Below are positions 24,091 through 34,099 of a stretch of DNA of 60,074 nucleotides, one piece after another; within the stretch, counting starts at the first letter, position 1, and each line of letters begins with the position of its first letter. Below the pieces are notes generated by a model. It was given only the letters and a program-made list of their open reading frames with translations, did no database searches and had not been told where the DNA came from. A program made the position numbers and the translations under genes. Origin of the DNA: Leptolyngbya sp. DLM2.Bin15 (GTDB taxonomy: Bacteria > Cyanobacteriota > Cyanobacteriia > RECH01); assembly GCA_007694125.1 (NCBI GenBank), contig RECH01000212.1, positions 1-60,074 on the forward strand, in the 5' to 3' direction.

Positions 24091-24662
24091 TGGTGGGCAG
24101 CTTCACCGTATTATTCGATGCATGTGTTCTCTATCCAGCTCCTCTTCGCGACTTTTTGATGCATTTGGCCCTAAGCGATCTATTTCGTGCAAAATGGACT
24201 GACGAGATTCATGATGAGTGGATTCGAAATTTACTGAAGAATAGAGCTGATCTCACGCAGGAACGCCTTCAACGCACTAGAAATCTAATGAACAGTCATG
24301 TGCGTGACTGTCTAGTGGTTGGCTATGAAGAGCTGATTCCATCTCTGACCTTGCCTGATGAGAGCGATCGCCACGTCCTAGCGGCTGCAATTTGTGCTGG
24401 CGCTGATGTTATTGTTACGTACAATTTATCCGATTTTCCAGCCGATACTCTTGGACAGTATGGCATTGAAGCTCAACATCCTGATGAATTTATTACCCAT
24501 TTAATGGATGGGGCCCCAGTAGCAATCTGTGATGCTGCTAGACGACAGCGCATGAGCTTGAAAAACCCGCCTCAAAGTGTTGATATATTACTCGCAGCTT
24601 ATGAACAACAGGGGCTAGTTCAGACGGTAGCAGGACTTAGGCTTTATAGTGAATTTCTCTGA
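24090..24662 (+). CDS. PIN-domain protein, putative ribonuclease toxin
   Basis: VLFDACVLYP, EIHDEW, LPDESDRHVLAAAI, IVTYNLSDFP; acidic PIN residues present. Confidence 0.88.
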   Translation: MVGSFTVLFDACVLYPAPLRDFLMHLALSDLFRAKWTDEIHDEWIRNLLKNRADLTQERLQRTRNLMNSHVRDCLVVGYEELIPSLTLPDESDRHVLAAAICAGADVIVTYNLSDFPADTLGQYGIEAQHPDEFITHLMDGAPVAICDAARRQRMSLKNPPQSVDILLAAYEQQGLVQTVAGLRLYSEFL

Positions 24663-24728
24663 AGTGCTCAGGTTTATGTCAGTTTGATATTCACCATAAT
24701 GTATTGGTTGATCCAAGTAAGCTGTATC

Positions 24729-24807
24729 GTAGCGTGCTGTTAGGCGAAGCCGTAACGCACTGCCTCGAAATGCTTAGATGCATTACGCTACCGCTAATGC
24801 ATCCTAC
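24729..24807. repeat. GTAG-type REP doublet (REPIN-like)
   Basis: GTAGCGTGCTGTTAGGCGAAGCCGTAACGCAC on + and GTAGGATGCATTAGCGGTAGCGTAATGCATC on -, facing each other. Confidence 0.75.
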
Positions 24808-24978
24808 AAAAATAGAGATTTCTGCTGGACGATGTAAGTCAAGGCTAAAAATAAGAGTTGAGCTTTTTGAATAAAAGCATTGAGACTTAACCCATGCGAG
24901 GACGACCGTGGATGGGTAGCGTACACTGAAAGAACCCAATGCTGACGATAATGCCTGAGGTTGCGGTGAGGTGGGACG

Positions 24979-25668
24979 ATGCGAATTTTGTTGGTTGATG
25001 ATGAACCGGCCTTGACGGGGCCTCTCAGTCGCGTGTTGACGCGGGAGGGCTACCTGGTGGATATCACCCACGATGGTGCGGAGGGGAGTCAGCTTGCCCA
25101 GACCGGTGGCTATGATGTGTTGATCCTGGACTGGATGCTGCCAGCTCTGAGTGGTTTGGAGCTTTGCCAGCAGTTGCGGGCTCAGGGTGATACGACGCCA
25201 GTGCTGTTTCTGACGGCGAAAGATACCTTGGATGATCGGGTGGAGGGATTGGATGCGGGGGCGGATGATTATTTGGTGAAGCCCTTTGAGCTGCGGGAAC
25301 TGTTGGCGCGGGTGCGGGCTTTGCTGCGCCGTCCGCCCACCCTTGAGCCCAGTCCTACATCTCGGCTACAGGTGGATGATCTGGTGCTGAATCTAGCCAA
25401 TCAGGTGGCCCATCGGGGCGATCGCTCTATTGATTTATCTGAGAAAGAAAGTCAGCTTCTCGCCTACCTGATGCGCCATGCTAATGATGTGTTGACCCAT
25501 GAACAGATTCAGCAGCATCTCTGGCCCGCAGATGAACGTCCGAGCAGTAATGCCCTGGCTGCCCAAATTCGCCTGCTGCGCCGCAAGATAGAGCATGATG
25601 GTGAACCGCCGTTGATTCATACGGTCTATGGTAAGGGCTACCGACTGGGGGAGATGTCTCCTGGCTGA
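24979..25668 (+). CDS. OmpR-family two-component response regulator (RppA-like)
   Basis: MRILLVDDE, phosphoacceptor in LILDWMLP, GADDYLVKPF, winged-helix end IHTVYGKGYRL. Confidence 0.93.
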   Translation: MRILLVDDEPALTGPLSRVLTREGYLVDITHDGAEGSQLAQTGGYDVLILDWMLPALSGLELCQQLRAQGDTTPVLFLTAKDTLDDRVEGLDAGADDYLVKPFELRELLARVRALLRRPPTLEPSPTSRLQVDDLVLNLANQVAHRGDRSIDLSEKESQLLAYLMRHANDVLTHEQIQQHLWPADERPSSNALAAQIRLLRRKIEHDGEPPLIHTVYGKGYRLGEMSPG

Positions 25669-25673
25669 GGCGA

Positions 25674-27689
25674 CTAGTCTTGGGTGGGCGATCGCCGCCC
25701 CACTAACTTATCTCGCAGTTGACGAATGCGATCGCGAAACTTGGCTGCTTCTTCAAACTCAAGATTCTTAGCTGCTTCTTTCATCTGAGTTTCTAGTTTG
25801 ACAATGAGGTTGGGGATATCTTCTAGGGGTAGATCATAGGCCTGCTCGTAGAGTTCTTCTAAGTCTTGAGCATTGATGCGCCGGGATACTTCCAGGAACG
25901 ATAAGATAGAGTTGCCTTGTTTCTTGATAATCGGTTTGGGCGTAATTCCGTGCTTTTCGTTGTAGGCTTGTTGGATGGCGCGACGGCGTTCTGTTTCGCT
26001 GATGGCATAGGCCATGCTATCGGTTAAATTATCGGCGTAGAGAATAGCTTTGCCGTCAATATGTCGCGCTGCCCGACCGATGGTTTGGATGAGCGATCGC
26101 GCTGCCCTGAGGAAGCCTTCTTTATCTGCATCGAGGATGGCAACGAGGGATACTTCTGGTAAGTCCAGCCCTTCCCGCAGGAGGTTAACGCCGATCAAGA
26201 CATCAAACTGACCGTTGCGTAAATCTTGAAGAATTTCAATGCGCTCAATAGAGTTGATTTCTGAATGTAGGTATCGTACCCGCACGGCGCGCTCCTGAAA
26301 GTAGTCCGTCAGATCTTCTGCCATGCGCTTGGTCAACGTGGTGATCAGCGTGCGTTCCTGTCGCTCCACCCGCAGCCGAATTTCTCCCAGCAGGTCATCG
26401 ACCTGTCCTTCGGTGGGGCGTACAAAAATCTCTGGATCCAGAACGCCGGTGGGGCGGATAATTTGCTCCACCACCTGCCCCTCGGAGACCTCCAGCTCCC
26501 AATCCCCTGGCGTTGCTGAGACAAACACACATTGCTTGGCCTTGTCCCAGAACTCCTCAGCCTTCAGAGGACGATTGTCTGCGGCGCTGGGCAGCCGGAA
26601 GCCATGGTCAACCAAGGTCATTTTCCGAGAGCGATCGCCATTGTACATGCCTCGGATCTGGGGAATAGACACATGGGACTCATCAATCACCAACAGCCAG
26701 TCCTCTGGAAAATAATCGATTAAACATTCCGGCGGTGATCCGGCAATTCGTCCGGCTAGGTGCCGGGCATAGTTTTCCACGCCGTTGCAGTAGCCCACCT
26801 CTCGCAGCATCTCTAGGTCATAGCGGGTGCGTTGTTCGAGGCGCTGGGCTTCTAGGAGTTTATTCTCAGACTCTAGCTCCACCAGACGCGTCTTAAGCTC
26901 TTGCTCAATGGCATCACAGGCTTCATCGAGGCGATCGTCGGGGGTGACAAAGTGGCGAGCTGGGTAGACGTTCAGAGACTCTAAGCTCTGCAGGGTTTCG
27001 CCCGTAAGCGGATCAATGTAGCGAATGGCGTCAATCTCATCGCCAAAGAACTCAATGCGAATCAACCGATCTTCGTAGGCGGGGCCAATTTCTAGCACAT
27101 CGCCCTTCACCCGAAAGCGCCCGCGCCCCACATCTAAGTCATTGCGCTCGTACTGCACCGAAGCCAGATCCCGTAGGATCTGCCGTTGATTCACCTCCAT
27201 GCCCACGCGAAACGGTAGGGAGGCATTCAAGTATTCCGACGGAATACCTAAGCCGTAGATGCAGCTAATGGAGGCTACGACGATCACATCCCGCCGCTCA
27301 AAGAGCGATCGCGTTGCGGAGTGGCGCAGCATATCGATTTCTTCGTTGATGGAGGCTGTTTTGGCGATGTAGGTATCGGTGACGGGAATATAGGCTTCGG
27401 GTTGGTAATAGTCGTAGTAGCTAATGAAATATTCCACCGCATTGTCTGGGAAAAAGTCGCGCAGTTCGTTGCAAAGCTGGGCGGCGAGGGTTTTGTTGTG
27501 GGCAAGTACTAGGGTCGGACGTCCCAGTTGCTCAATCACCCGAGCCATGGTGTGGGTTTTGCCCGTGCCTGTTGCGCCTAGGAGGGTTTGGTAGCGATGT
27601 CCTGCTTGAATCCCTTGCACCAGTTGAGCGATCGCTTTCGGTTGATCACCGGTTGGTTCAAAGGGCGCTGTTACCCGAAACTGAGCCAT
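25674..27689 (-). CDS. uvrB: Excinuclease ABC subunit B
   Basis: [52 protein letters not shown]-terminal UVR domain. ATG 27689. Confidence 0.98.
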   Translation of the reverse strand: MAQFRVTAPFEPTGDQPKAIAQLVQGIQAGHRYQTLLGATGTGKTHTMARVIEQLGRPTLVLAHNKTLAAQLCNELRDFFPDNAVEYFISYYDYYQPEAYIPVTDTYIAKTASINEEIDMLRHSATRSLFERRDVIVVASISCIYGLGIPSEYLNASLPFRVGMEVNQRQILRDLASVQYERNDLDVGRGRFRVKGDVLEIGPAYEDRLIRIEFFGDEIDAIRYIDPLTGETLQSLESLNVYPARHFVTPDDRLDEACDAIEQELKTRLVELESENKLLEAQRLEQRTRYDLEMLREVGYCNGVENYARHLAGRIAGSPPECLIDYFPEDWLLVIDESHVSIPQIRGMYNGDRSRKMTLVDHGFRLPSAADNRPLKAEEFWDKAKQCVFVSATPGDWELEVSEGQVVEQIIRPTGVLDPEIFVRPTEGQVDDLLGEIRLRVERQERTLITTLTKRMAEDLTDYFQERAVRVRYLHSEINSIERIEILQDLRNGQFDVLIGVNLLREGLDLPEVSLVAILDADKEGFLRAARSLIQTIGRAARHIDGKAILYADNLTDSMAYAISETERRRAIQQAYNEKHGITPKPIIKKQGNSILSFLEVSRRINAQDLEELYEQAYDLPLEDIPNLIVKLETQMKEAAKNLEFEEAAKFRDRIRQLRDKLVGRRSPTQD

Positions 27690-27821
27690 GCTGCTACCTC
27701 GCACACCACTAAATCACGCTGTTCCTATGATGGCGAATTTCTGACCATTCGGGAGCAATCTAGGGTACAAGATTGGGTCGCCAACCTGTCTGCTGTGGAT
27801 GCCCCTTATATCCCAAATCCT

Positions 27822-27989
27822 TATGGGAGCTAGGGCTGATGGTCTGACCCATCTCTTTCCCTCATCTCCCAGATCACCAGAGGAGAAGAGCAAGCAGATT
27901 GCAAGTGTGTTCAAAGCCCCTCGCCCGGACTGGGAGAGGGGTTTGGGGTGAGGGTCTTCGAGGTTGGTTCGTCAACCCGTATGGAAGCT
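27822..27989. mobile_element. MITE-like element (about 148 bp) with imperfect TIRs and a 10-bp target-site duplication
   Basis: Flanking direct repeats tatgggagct (27822-27831) and tatggaagct (27980-27989). Ends gggctgatggtctgacc / ggttggttcgtcaaccc are imperfectly inverted. Internal hairpin cccctcgccc-ggact-gggagagggg. Confidence 0.65.
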
Positions 27990-28287
27990 GAGAGAGCGAT
28001 CGCGTAATACTTGGACACTTTATCTTTGGAAAGTCTTTAGTATTCAATGAACTTTTTTCAACTTATGCGTTGAACTGCTTCATGGTTGTGTAAAAGCGAT
28101 CGCTTCCTAGAAACATTGCGAAATACCTCGCTGATGAAACCTAAGAAAGAGTGAAGTCTAAGCTTTTTAACCGGAAAAAGGCCTTACTTTTAAGGAAGCG
28201 AAGAAGTTGCTTGTTCTGGGACTTGTACTCACCAAACCAGCTTTAAGACGACACGATAATAGTTCCGGCTGGAATTCTGGGTTGATC

Positions 28288-28689
28288 ATGAAATTCTCAC
28301 AAAGCTATGTTTTGGTGCTGGACCATCAACGGGATGATGTCCAGCAGTTACGCTCGATGCTCAAACGATTAAGATGTCCAGTTGTGATTGTCCGATCGAT
28401 CGAACAGGCGATCGCAACTGCGCTAGAAACTCCACCCTATTTGATTATTTTGGCGGGCAGTCATCAGACCTGGCCCGAGCATTTGGTCAATGATCTTCGG
28501 CGAATGAATCAACAGTGCAGCATCACCATTGTGGCCTTGACGGACTGCAATGCACCGAGCTGGTTACCCCAGGAAGAAAATCCAGGCTTTGATGGATTCT
28601 TGGTGAAGCCTCTGAATGGGGATGTGATGGTGTCCTTGGTGCAATCGGCTTGGGCCCGTCAAGCCTGCTGCTCCACCCTGTTGGGTTAG
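28288..28689 (+). CDS. Stand-alone CheY-like pseudo-receiver protein
   Basis: YVLVLDH, PPYLIILAG (no phosphoacceptor Asp), IVALT, GFDGFLVKP. ATG 28288. Confidence 0.75.
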   Translation: MKFSQSYVLVLDHQRDDVQQLRSMLKRLRCPVVIVRSIEQAIATALETPPYLIILAGSHQTWPEHLVNDLRRMNQQCSITIVALTDCNAPSWLPQEENPGFDGFLVKPLNGDVMVSLVQSAWARQACCSTLLG

Positions 28690-28774
28690 GTCTTCATGAA
28701 CCTTGGCCTGATGGCGGACAGGGTGGATGGTGCTGGCTGTTCTCGCTGGACATGTCATCGTTGAATAACTTGCT

Positions 28775-29467
28775 TCATTCTCCAGCTTTTTGTAGCAGAC
28801 CCAACTGTTGCAGGGCTGCCCCTGCTGCAGCTTTCTCGGCATCTTGCTTGCGCCGTCCTTTGCCTTCTCCAAAGGTGCGGCTACCGACCTGCACCACGGC
28901 GGTGAACTCGCGGGCATGGTCAGGGCCAGACTGATGCACGATGGTGTACTTAGGATTTTTGCCATATTCCGCCAAGGCCCATTCCTGGAAGCGGCTTTTC
29001 ATGTTGCCCATGGGAGCAGCGATCGCCAAGTCTTCCACTTCAGCGGCAAATAACGGCTCAAGATAGGCTCGCACTGCCTCAATATTGGAATCACAGTCTA
29101 GAAAATAGGCACCGATCATGGCTTCAAAGGCGCTGCTGAGCAGGTTGGGGTTTTTGCGCCCTCCATCCCGTTCTGCCCCGCGCCCTAGCCGCATCATGCC
29201 GGGTTGATCCATGCCGAGGGCAAGGGCAAACCGCGCAAGCTGGGTTTCATCGACGAGGGCCGATCGGAGGGCGGTCAAATCGCCTTCGGGCTTATCAGGA
29301 TAGCGTTTATACAAAAAGTCGCCGCTCAGAAAGTTGAGTACGGCATCACCCAAAAATTCTAGGCGTTCATTATGGGAGCCTGCGGATGGATGCTCGTTGA
29401 CATAGGAGCGGTGGGTCATGGCCTGCTGAAACAGAAGTGTGTTGCGGAACGAGGGAAGTGTGGGCAT
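28775..29467 (-). CDS. rnc: Ribonuclease III
   Basis: AMTHRSY, signature NERLEFLGDAVL, dsRBD (GPDHAREF, GEGKGRRKQDAEKAAA). Start is 29467 or 29485. Confidence 0.96.
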   Translation of the reverse strand: MPTLPSFRNTLLFQQAMTHRSYVNEHPSAGSHNERLEFLGDAVLNFLSGDFLYKRYPDKPEGDLTALRSALVDETQLARFALALGMDQPGMMRLGRGAERDGGRKNPNLLSSAFEAMIGAYFLDCDSNIEAVRAYLEPLFAAEVEDLAIAAPMGNMKSRFQEWALAEYGKNPKYTIVHQSGPDHAREFTAVVQVGSRTFGEGKGRRKQDAEKAAAGAALQQLGLLQKAGE

Positions 29468-30201
29468 AAAAATGAAACGGAACATTTAAGGTAAAAAAGA
29501 TTAAATAGACAAGTAGTACCCCCTCTAAGGTGCTCCTAGAGGCGATCGCTGCTGGTAGAGATTAGAACGCTGTTTTATGGAGCAGCGTTCCTAGAATGGA
29601 GGGTAAAGGGTCTGAGAGCGTTGGGTCGTCTGGATATAGCCAGGCATGGCACCAGAAGACCTTGGGACTTGGGGGTTGTCATCTATGCAGAAACCGTCGT
29701 TCGCTTACCCACGATGCTTGGGGTGAGATAAACGAACTGCCACTATCGATGCATGAGGTATGCTAAGTTCGTCAGCCGCCCTTCGAATCTGTCAGTGTGT
29801 TGCAATGGAGAAGTGTGATTCATGGTTACCTACTAATCAAAGAGGCACGGGAGAGGGATAGAAACCCATGTGACCACCTGAGACGAGGGTTCACATGAGT
29901 CATGGGACATGAACGCAGATCACGCCGCCAAACATGACAGCCTAAACATTAAATTTTACGGCTTGTCTGGTCAAAATGTGGAGAAGCGATCGCAAACTAT
30001 AACTACGGAAATAATTGCGATCGCCCCTAGGGCTGTTCCGCAGGGGCCATGCCGTTGGTCTGAGCCGATCAACCCTTGTGTATTCCTGCTAGGCAGACTA
30101 GTAGTAGTAGCATGGGTGCCTTAAAGCTGTCTTCCTAATGCCGTGTTAGGGTAGACGAGCATGACTGCTGCATTGATCATGGATACTTTCTTTCTATACC
30201 T

Positions 30202-30417
30202 ATGAGTACCGAACTGGATACGGGCCTACCCAGCATTCGTCTAATTCAATCCCTTATTAAAGATTCCAGCGAAGTTGAGCTGAAAATGGTCACCGATGAC
30301 CTCCTGGTGGGCAAAATTCTTTGGCAAGATCCCCACTGCGTCTGTTTGGTTGACCACTACAACCAACAAACGGTGATCTACCGCCATGCCATTGTCTTTA
30401 TGAAGCCCAAGGCCTAA
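30202..30417 (+). CDS. hfq: Cyanobacterial Hfq-like Sm protein
   Basis: DTGLPSIRLIQ, VELKMVTDDLLVGKILWQD, IYRHAIVFMKP resemble Ssr3341-type Hfq. Confidence 0.9.
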   Translation: MSTELDTGLPSIRLIQSLIKDSSEVELKMVTDDLLVGKILWQDPHCVCLVDHYNQQTVIYRHAIVFMKPKA

Positions 30418-30507
30418 ATTTAGACCCAGGAGAGGTTGCATAGACCGCAGTCTCGTCCTCTCCTGGGTGCTCTAGGGTTGCTTGGCTTGATAGGCTACTC
30501 GTTGCTA

Positions 30508-32277
30508 CTAGTAGTGGTTGCCAGATTTGCGGTGGTGTACGGCTGTTTTCACGTCCGGATTCATCACCTGTCCTTGCTCCACAACGGCATAGACCACCCA
30601 ATGGTCGCCGCATTCCATCCGGCTGGCCACCCGGCATTCTAGGTAGGCTAGGGCATCTTTTAAGATGGGGCAGCCATGGTCTGATTCGGTGACATCAACG
30701 GAGTTGAACCGATCTTCTCCCGGAGAGAAGGGCTTGAGGAAATGCTTCATCAGCCCTAGGTAGTTGTTTTCGGCCAAAATATTCAGCACGAAGGGGCGAT
30801 CGGGGTAGAGCAAGGATTCGATCGCTCGATCTTTGGCTACGGCTACGGTAAAGCCCGGTGGGCTGAAGGTGGCTTGGGCAACCCAGGAGGCCAGCATGGC
30901 GCTGGATACGTCGCCGTGGCGGGTGGTGACGACGCAGAGGGAGCCCACCATCCGGCCCATGGCTTGCTCTGTGGGGGTGACGGTGGAGCTGCTTTGCAGG
31001 GCAGAGGCCTTGGGCGATCGCCGCTTTTTAGCCTTTTTCAGCGCTTGAACAAAGTCCGTCCCGGCTTCTTCACAGGTTTTGATCACCACATCCGTGGGTT
31101 TGAACTTCACCCGGATGGTGTCAAATCCAAAGCTATAGCCCGCATCCCGCAGCTTGTTTTCTAGGAGATCAATGGCTTCTCCACTCCAGCCAAAGGAGCC
31201 AAAGACGCCGGTGAGCTTATCCTTGGGCACCGTTGATAGGGCTACCCCTAGAGCCGTTTGGATCTGGGTGGGAGCATGGCCGCCTAGGGTGGGTGAGCCA
31301 ATCACAAAGCCATCGCACTTTTCTAGGATGGTTTTGATTTCATCCGGTTCTGTGCTTTCGCAGTTGACCGATTCCACGGCTACGCCCGCCTTGGTCATGC
31401 CCCGAGCGATCGCTTGCGCTACCGTGGCTGTGTTGCCATAGGCGGAGGCATAGAGCAGCGCCACCATCATCTCCTGGCTACGCTGCTGGGTGAGCCATTG
31501 ACGATAGGATTGCAGCAATTCCGTCGCGCTATAGCGCACCAAGGGGCCATGGGCCGGTGCGTAGAAGGTCATCGGCGCGAGGGCTTCCATTTTGTCTAGG
31601 GCGGTGCTGACCTGACGGGCATGGGGAGCCATGAGGCAGTCGAAGTAGTAGCGGCGATCGTCTAAAAAGGCCGTCCAGCCTTCATCAAAAATCTGGTCGC
31701 CGCAGATGTGGGCTCCGAAGAACTTATCGGTGTAGTGAATCTGGGTGTGGGGATCGTAAATGCAGAGCCCATCGGGGTAGCGCGGTGTGGGAATGGGCGC
31801 AAACTGCAGGCGATGCCCTTGTCCTAGATCTAGCACCTCATCGACATTGCCCTTGATCACCCGCACCTTTGGGGTGGTGTCGCTGAGCAGATCTTTCAGG
31901 GCCACGGCTGCTGGATTGGAACAGACGAGGGTGACTTGGGGGGCACGCTCTAGCAGCACCTTGAGGGTGGCGACTCGGTTGGGGTTGACGTGCCCAAGGA
32001 TGACATAGTCCAGTTGGCGCAGATCAAACCGCTGTTCCAATGCACCAAGGAAGGTGGTGGTAAACGACTCCCCCGGCGGATCAATCAGGGCGTTTTGGTC
32101 GGCGGTGATCAAGTAGGAATTGGCCGTGGTGCCCCGTTCTAGGGCATATTCAATTTCAAAGCGCAGACGGCTCCAACTGCGCGATCGCATCACTTTGGTT
32201 TGATCAGCGATCGCCAACACTTGGACATCCCGAGGCGGATGGGTGGCGATCGCAGATTGAGATACCGTTTCAGGCAT
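30508..32277 (-). CDS. flv1: Class C flavodiiron protein, Flv1-type (non-canonical di-iron ligands)
   Basis: RFEIEYALERGTTANSY, GHVNPNR in place of HxExDH, flavodoxin SAYGNT, flavin-reductase domain ending HHRKSGNHY. Confidence 0.85.
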   Translation of the reverse strand: MPETVSQSAIATHPPRDVQVLAIADQTKVMRSRSWSRLRFEIEYALERGTTANSYLITADQNALIDPPGESFTTTFLGALEQRFDLRQLDYVILGHVNPNRVATLKVLLERAPQVTLVCSNPAAVALKDLLSDTTPKVRVIKGNVDEVLDLGQGHRLQFAPIPTPRYPDGLCIYDPHTQIHYTDKFFGAHICGDQIFDEGWTAFLDDRRYYFDCLMAPHARQVSTALDKMEALAPMTFYAPAHGPLVRYSATELLQSYRQWLTQQRSQEMMVALLYASAYGNTATVAQAIARGMTKAGVAVESVNCESTEPDEIKTILEKCDGFVIGSPTLGGHAPTQIQTALGVALSTVPKDKLTGVFGSFGWSGEAIDLLENKLRDAGYSFGFDTIRVKFKPTDVVIKTCEEAGTDFVQALKKAKKRRSPKASALQSSSTVTPTEQAMGRMVGSLCVVTTRHGDVSSAMLASWVAQATFSPPGFTVAVAKDRAIESLLYPDRPFVLNILAENNYLGLMKHFLKPFSPGEDRFNSVDVTESDHGCPILKDALAYLECRVASRMECGDHWVVYAVVEQGQVMNPDVKTAVHHRKSGNHY

Positions 32278-32371
32278 AAGCTAGCTCCCGTGATTGGTCT
32301 AGGCCGTTGGCTTGGGCTTGGTCTGTCTGAGTCGGTGGATGCCCGATGGATCTCCACCGACGGGGCAGAGT

Positions 32372-34099
32372 TTAGTAATAGTTACCGATCTTGCGATGGT
32401 GAACAGCGGTTTGGGCATCGGGGGTGGCCACTTTGCCTGCATCAACGGTGCTGTAGACAATCCAGTGGTCGCTACATTCCATGCGGCTAGAGACTTCACA
32501 TTCTAGGTAGGCGAGGGAATCGGCCAGGATCGGCGAACCGTTCTCTGCTGTGCGGGTTTTGACGCCAGCAAAGCGATCGGCACCCGGGGGAAATCGCTTG
32601 AGGAAGTGCTTCATCAGCGCTTGGTAGTTGTCTTCCGCCAAGATGTTCAGCACGAAGCGATCGCCCACCTGCATCAAAGATTCAATCGCCCGATCCTTGG
32701 CGACCGCCACCGTAAAGCCTAGGGGTTGGAAGCTAGCTTGGGAGACCCAGGAGGCCAGCATGGCCCCGTTCACTTCGCCCTTACTGGCGGTGATGATGTA
32801 CAGTCCGGTGCTGATGCGACCGAGGGCTTTTTCTAGCTCGTTGTCGATCGCCTTCACTTTTTTGATTTTGCGATCGCGGCTGAGGAGCTGTCCAAGGTCT
32901 GTACCGGCTTCATCACAGAGCTGGTAGGTTTGCTCGGAGGGCACGTCTTTCACCCGAATGGCGGGGAAGGCCTCGGTGAGGTTGAGTTCCTTAAAGCGGC
33001 TGAGGAGCGGATCCACCGGCTCGTCATCGCCGCCGTAGGATTCAAACAACCCCACCACTTGCTTATCGTGAACCGCCGCCAAGATGGTGCTGATGGCCGC
33101 CCGGGCCACGGTGCTCATGGGCCCAGAGCTAGGCGGTGCAGCAATCACCAGAGCGGAGGCTATACTCACCAACTCGTTCACTTCCTGGGGATCGGCCACC
33201 CGCAGATCCATCATGTCCACCGCCACGCCAGTTTTGGTGATCCCCCGAGCGATCGCTTGGGAGAGGCGATCGCTATAGCCATAGTCCGATACGTAGAAGA
33301 CCGCTGCGGTGGTTTCGGCCTTGGTTTTGGCCTGGCTCCATTCCTTGTAGCGACGGGTGAGTTCCTGCACGTTGTGATAGAGCAGCGGGCCGTGCCCCGT
33401 GGCAATTTGCTTAATCTCACCCAGATCCGCCATGCGCTTCATGGCTGACAGCACCGAGCGAGCATTGGGGGCCATCAAGCATTCGTAGTAGAACCGGTAA
33501 TCGGCTTCGATGGTGGCTAGATGTTCGTCATAGGTGGCATCGCTGCAGAAGTGCATCCCAAAGGCATCGCAGGTGAACAGCGTTTGGGTGCCAGCATCGT
33601 AGGTGAAGATGGTGTCGGGCCAGTGTAGGTTGGGAGCCATGACGAACTGCAGTTCATGACCCTTGCCCAGGTCTAGGGTGTCGCCGTTTTTGACAATCTT
33701 TTGCTTAAACGGCGTGTGGGTCAGCCCTTCTAAAAACTGTAGCGCTACCTTAGAACCCACCACGGTAATGTCGGGGGCGAGGGCCAGGATATCGGGCACC
33801 AAACCGCTATGGTCGGGCTCGGTGTGGCTAATAATCAGGTAGTCAAGGGTGGACGGATCCACAGCTCCCTTGAGGGCATCGAGGTAGAGATCCCGAAATT
33901 TTTCATGGGAGGTATCGACCAGGGCGGTCTTGTCACCATAGATGATGAATGAGTTGTAGGTGGTGCCGTTTTGTAAGCCAAACTCAATATCAAAGCGATC
34001 GCGATCCCAGTCTAAGGAGCGAATCGTCACGGTATCGGGCGCAATCTCTGCGGTCTGGGTGGTCAATCGTTTTTGAACTGGGTTCACTACAGCGACCAT
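32372..34099 (-). CDS. flv3: Class C flavodiiron protein, Flv3-type
   Basis: SLDWDRDRFDIEFGLQNGTTYNS, canonical SHTEPDH, PNLHWPDT, C-terminal HHRKIGNYY. Confidence 0.88.
   Translation of the reverse strand: MVAVVNPVQKRLTTQTAEIAPDTVTIRSLDWDRDRFDIEFGLQNGTTYNSFIIYGDKTALVDTSHEKFRDLYLDALKGAVDPSTLDYLIISHTEPDHSGLVPDILALAPDITVVGSKVALQFLEGLTHTPFKQKIVKNGDTLDLGKGHELQFVMAPNLHWPDTIFTYDAGTQTLFTCDAFGMHFCSDATYDEHLATIEADYRFYYECLMAPNARSVLSAMKRMADLGEIKQIATGHGPLLYHNVQELTRRYKEWSQAKTKAETTAAVFYVSDYGYSDRLSQAIARGITKTGVAVDMMDLRVADPQEVNELVSIASALVIAAPPSSGPMSTVARAAISTILAAVHDKQVVGLFESYGGDDEPVDPLLSRFKELNLTEAFPAIRVKDVPSEQTYQLCDEAGTDLGQLLSRDRKIKKVKAIDNELEKALGRISTGLYIITASKGEVNGAMLASWVSQASFQPLGFTVAVAKDRAIESLMQVGDRFVLNILAEDNYQALMKHFLKRFPPGADRFAGVKTRTAENGSPILADSLAYLECEVSSRMECSDHWIVYSTVDAGKVATPDAQTAVHHRKIGNYY

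Noticed and set aside
27705-27780. LexA box upstream of uvrB
   Set aside because: Only half-sites are present (TGTTCC, GGTAC), without correct spacing.
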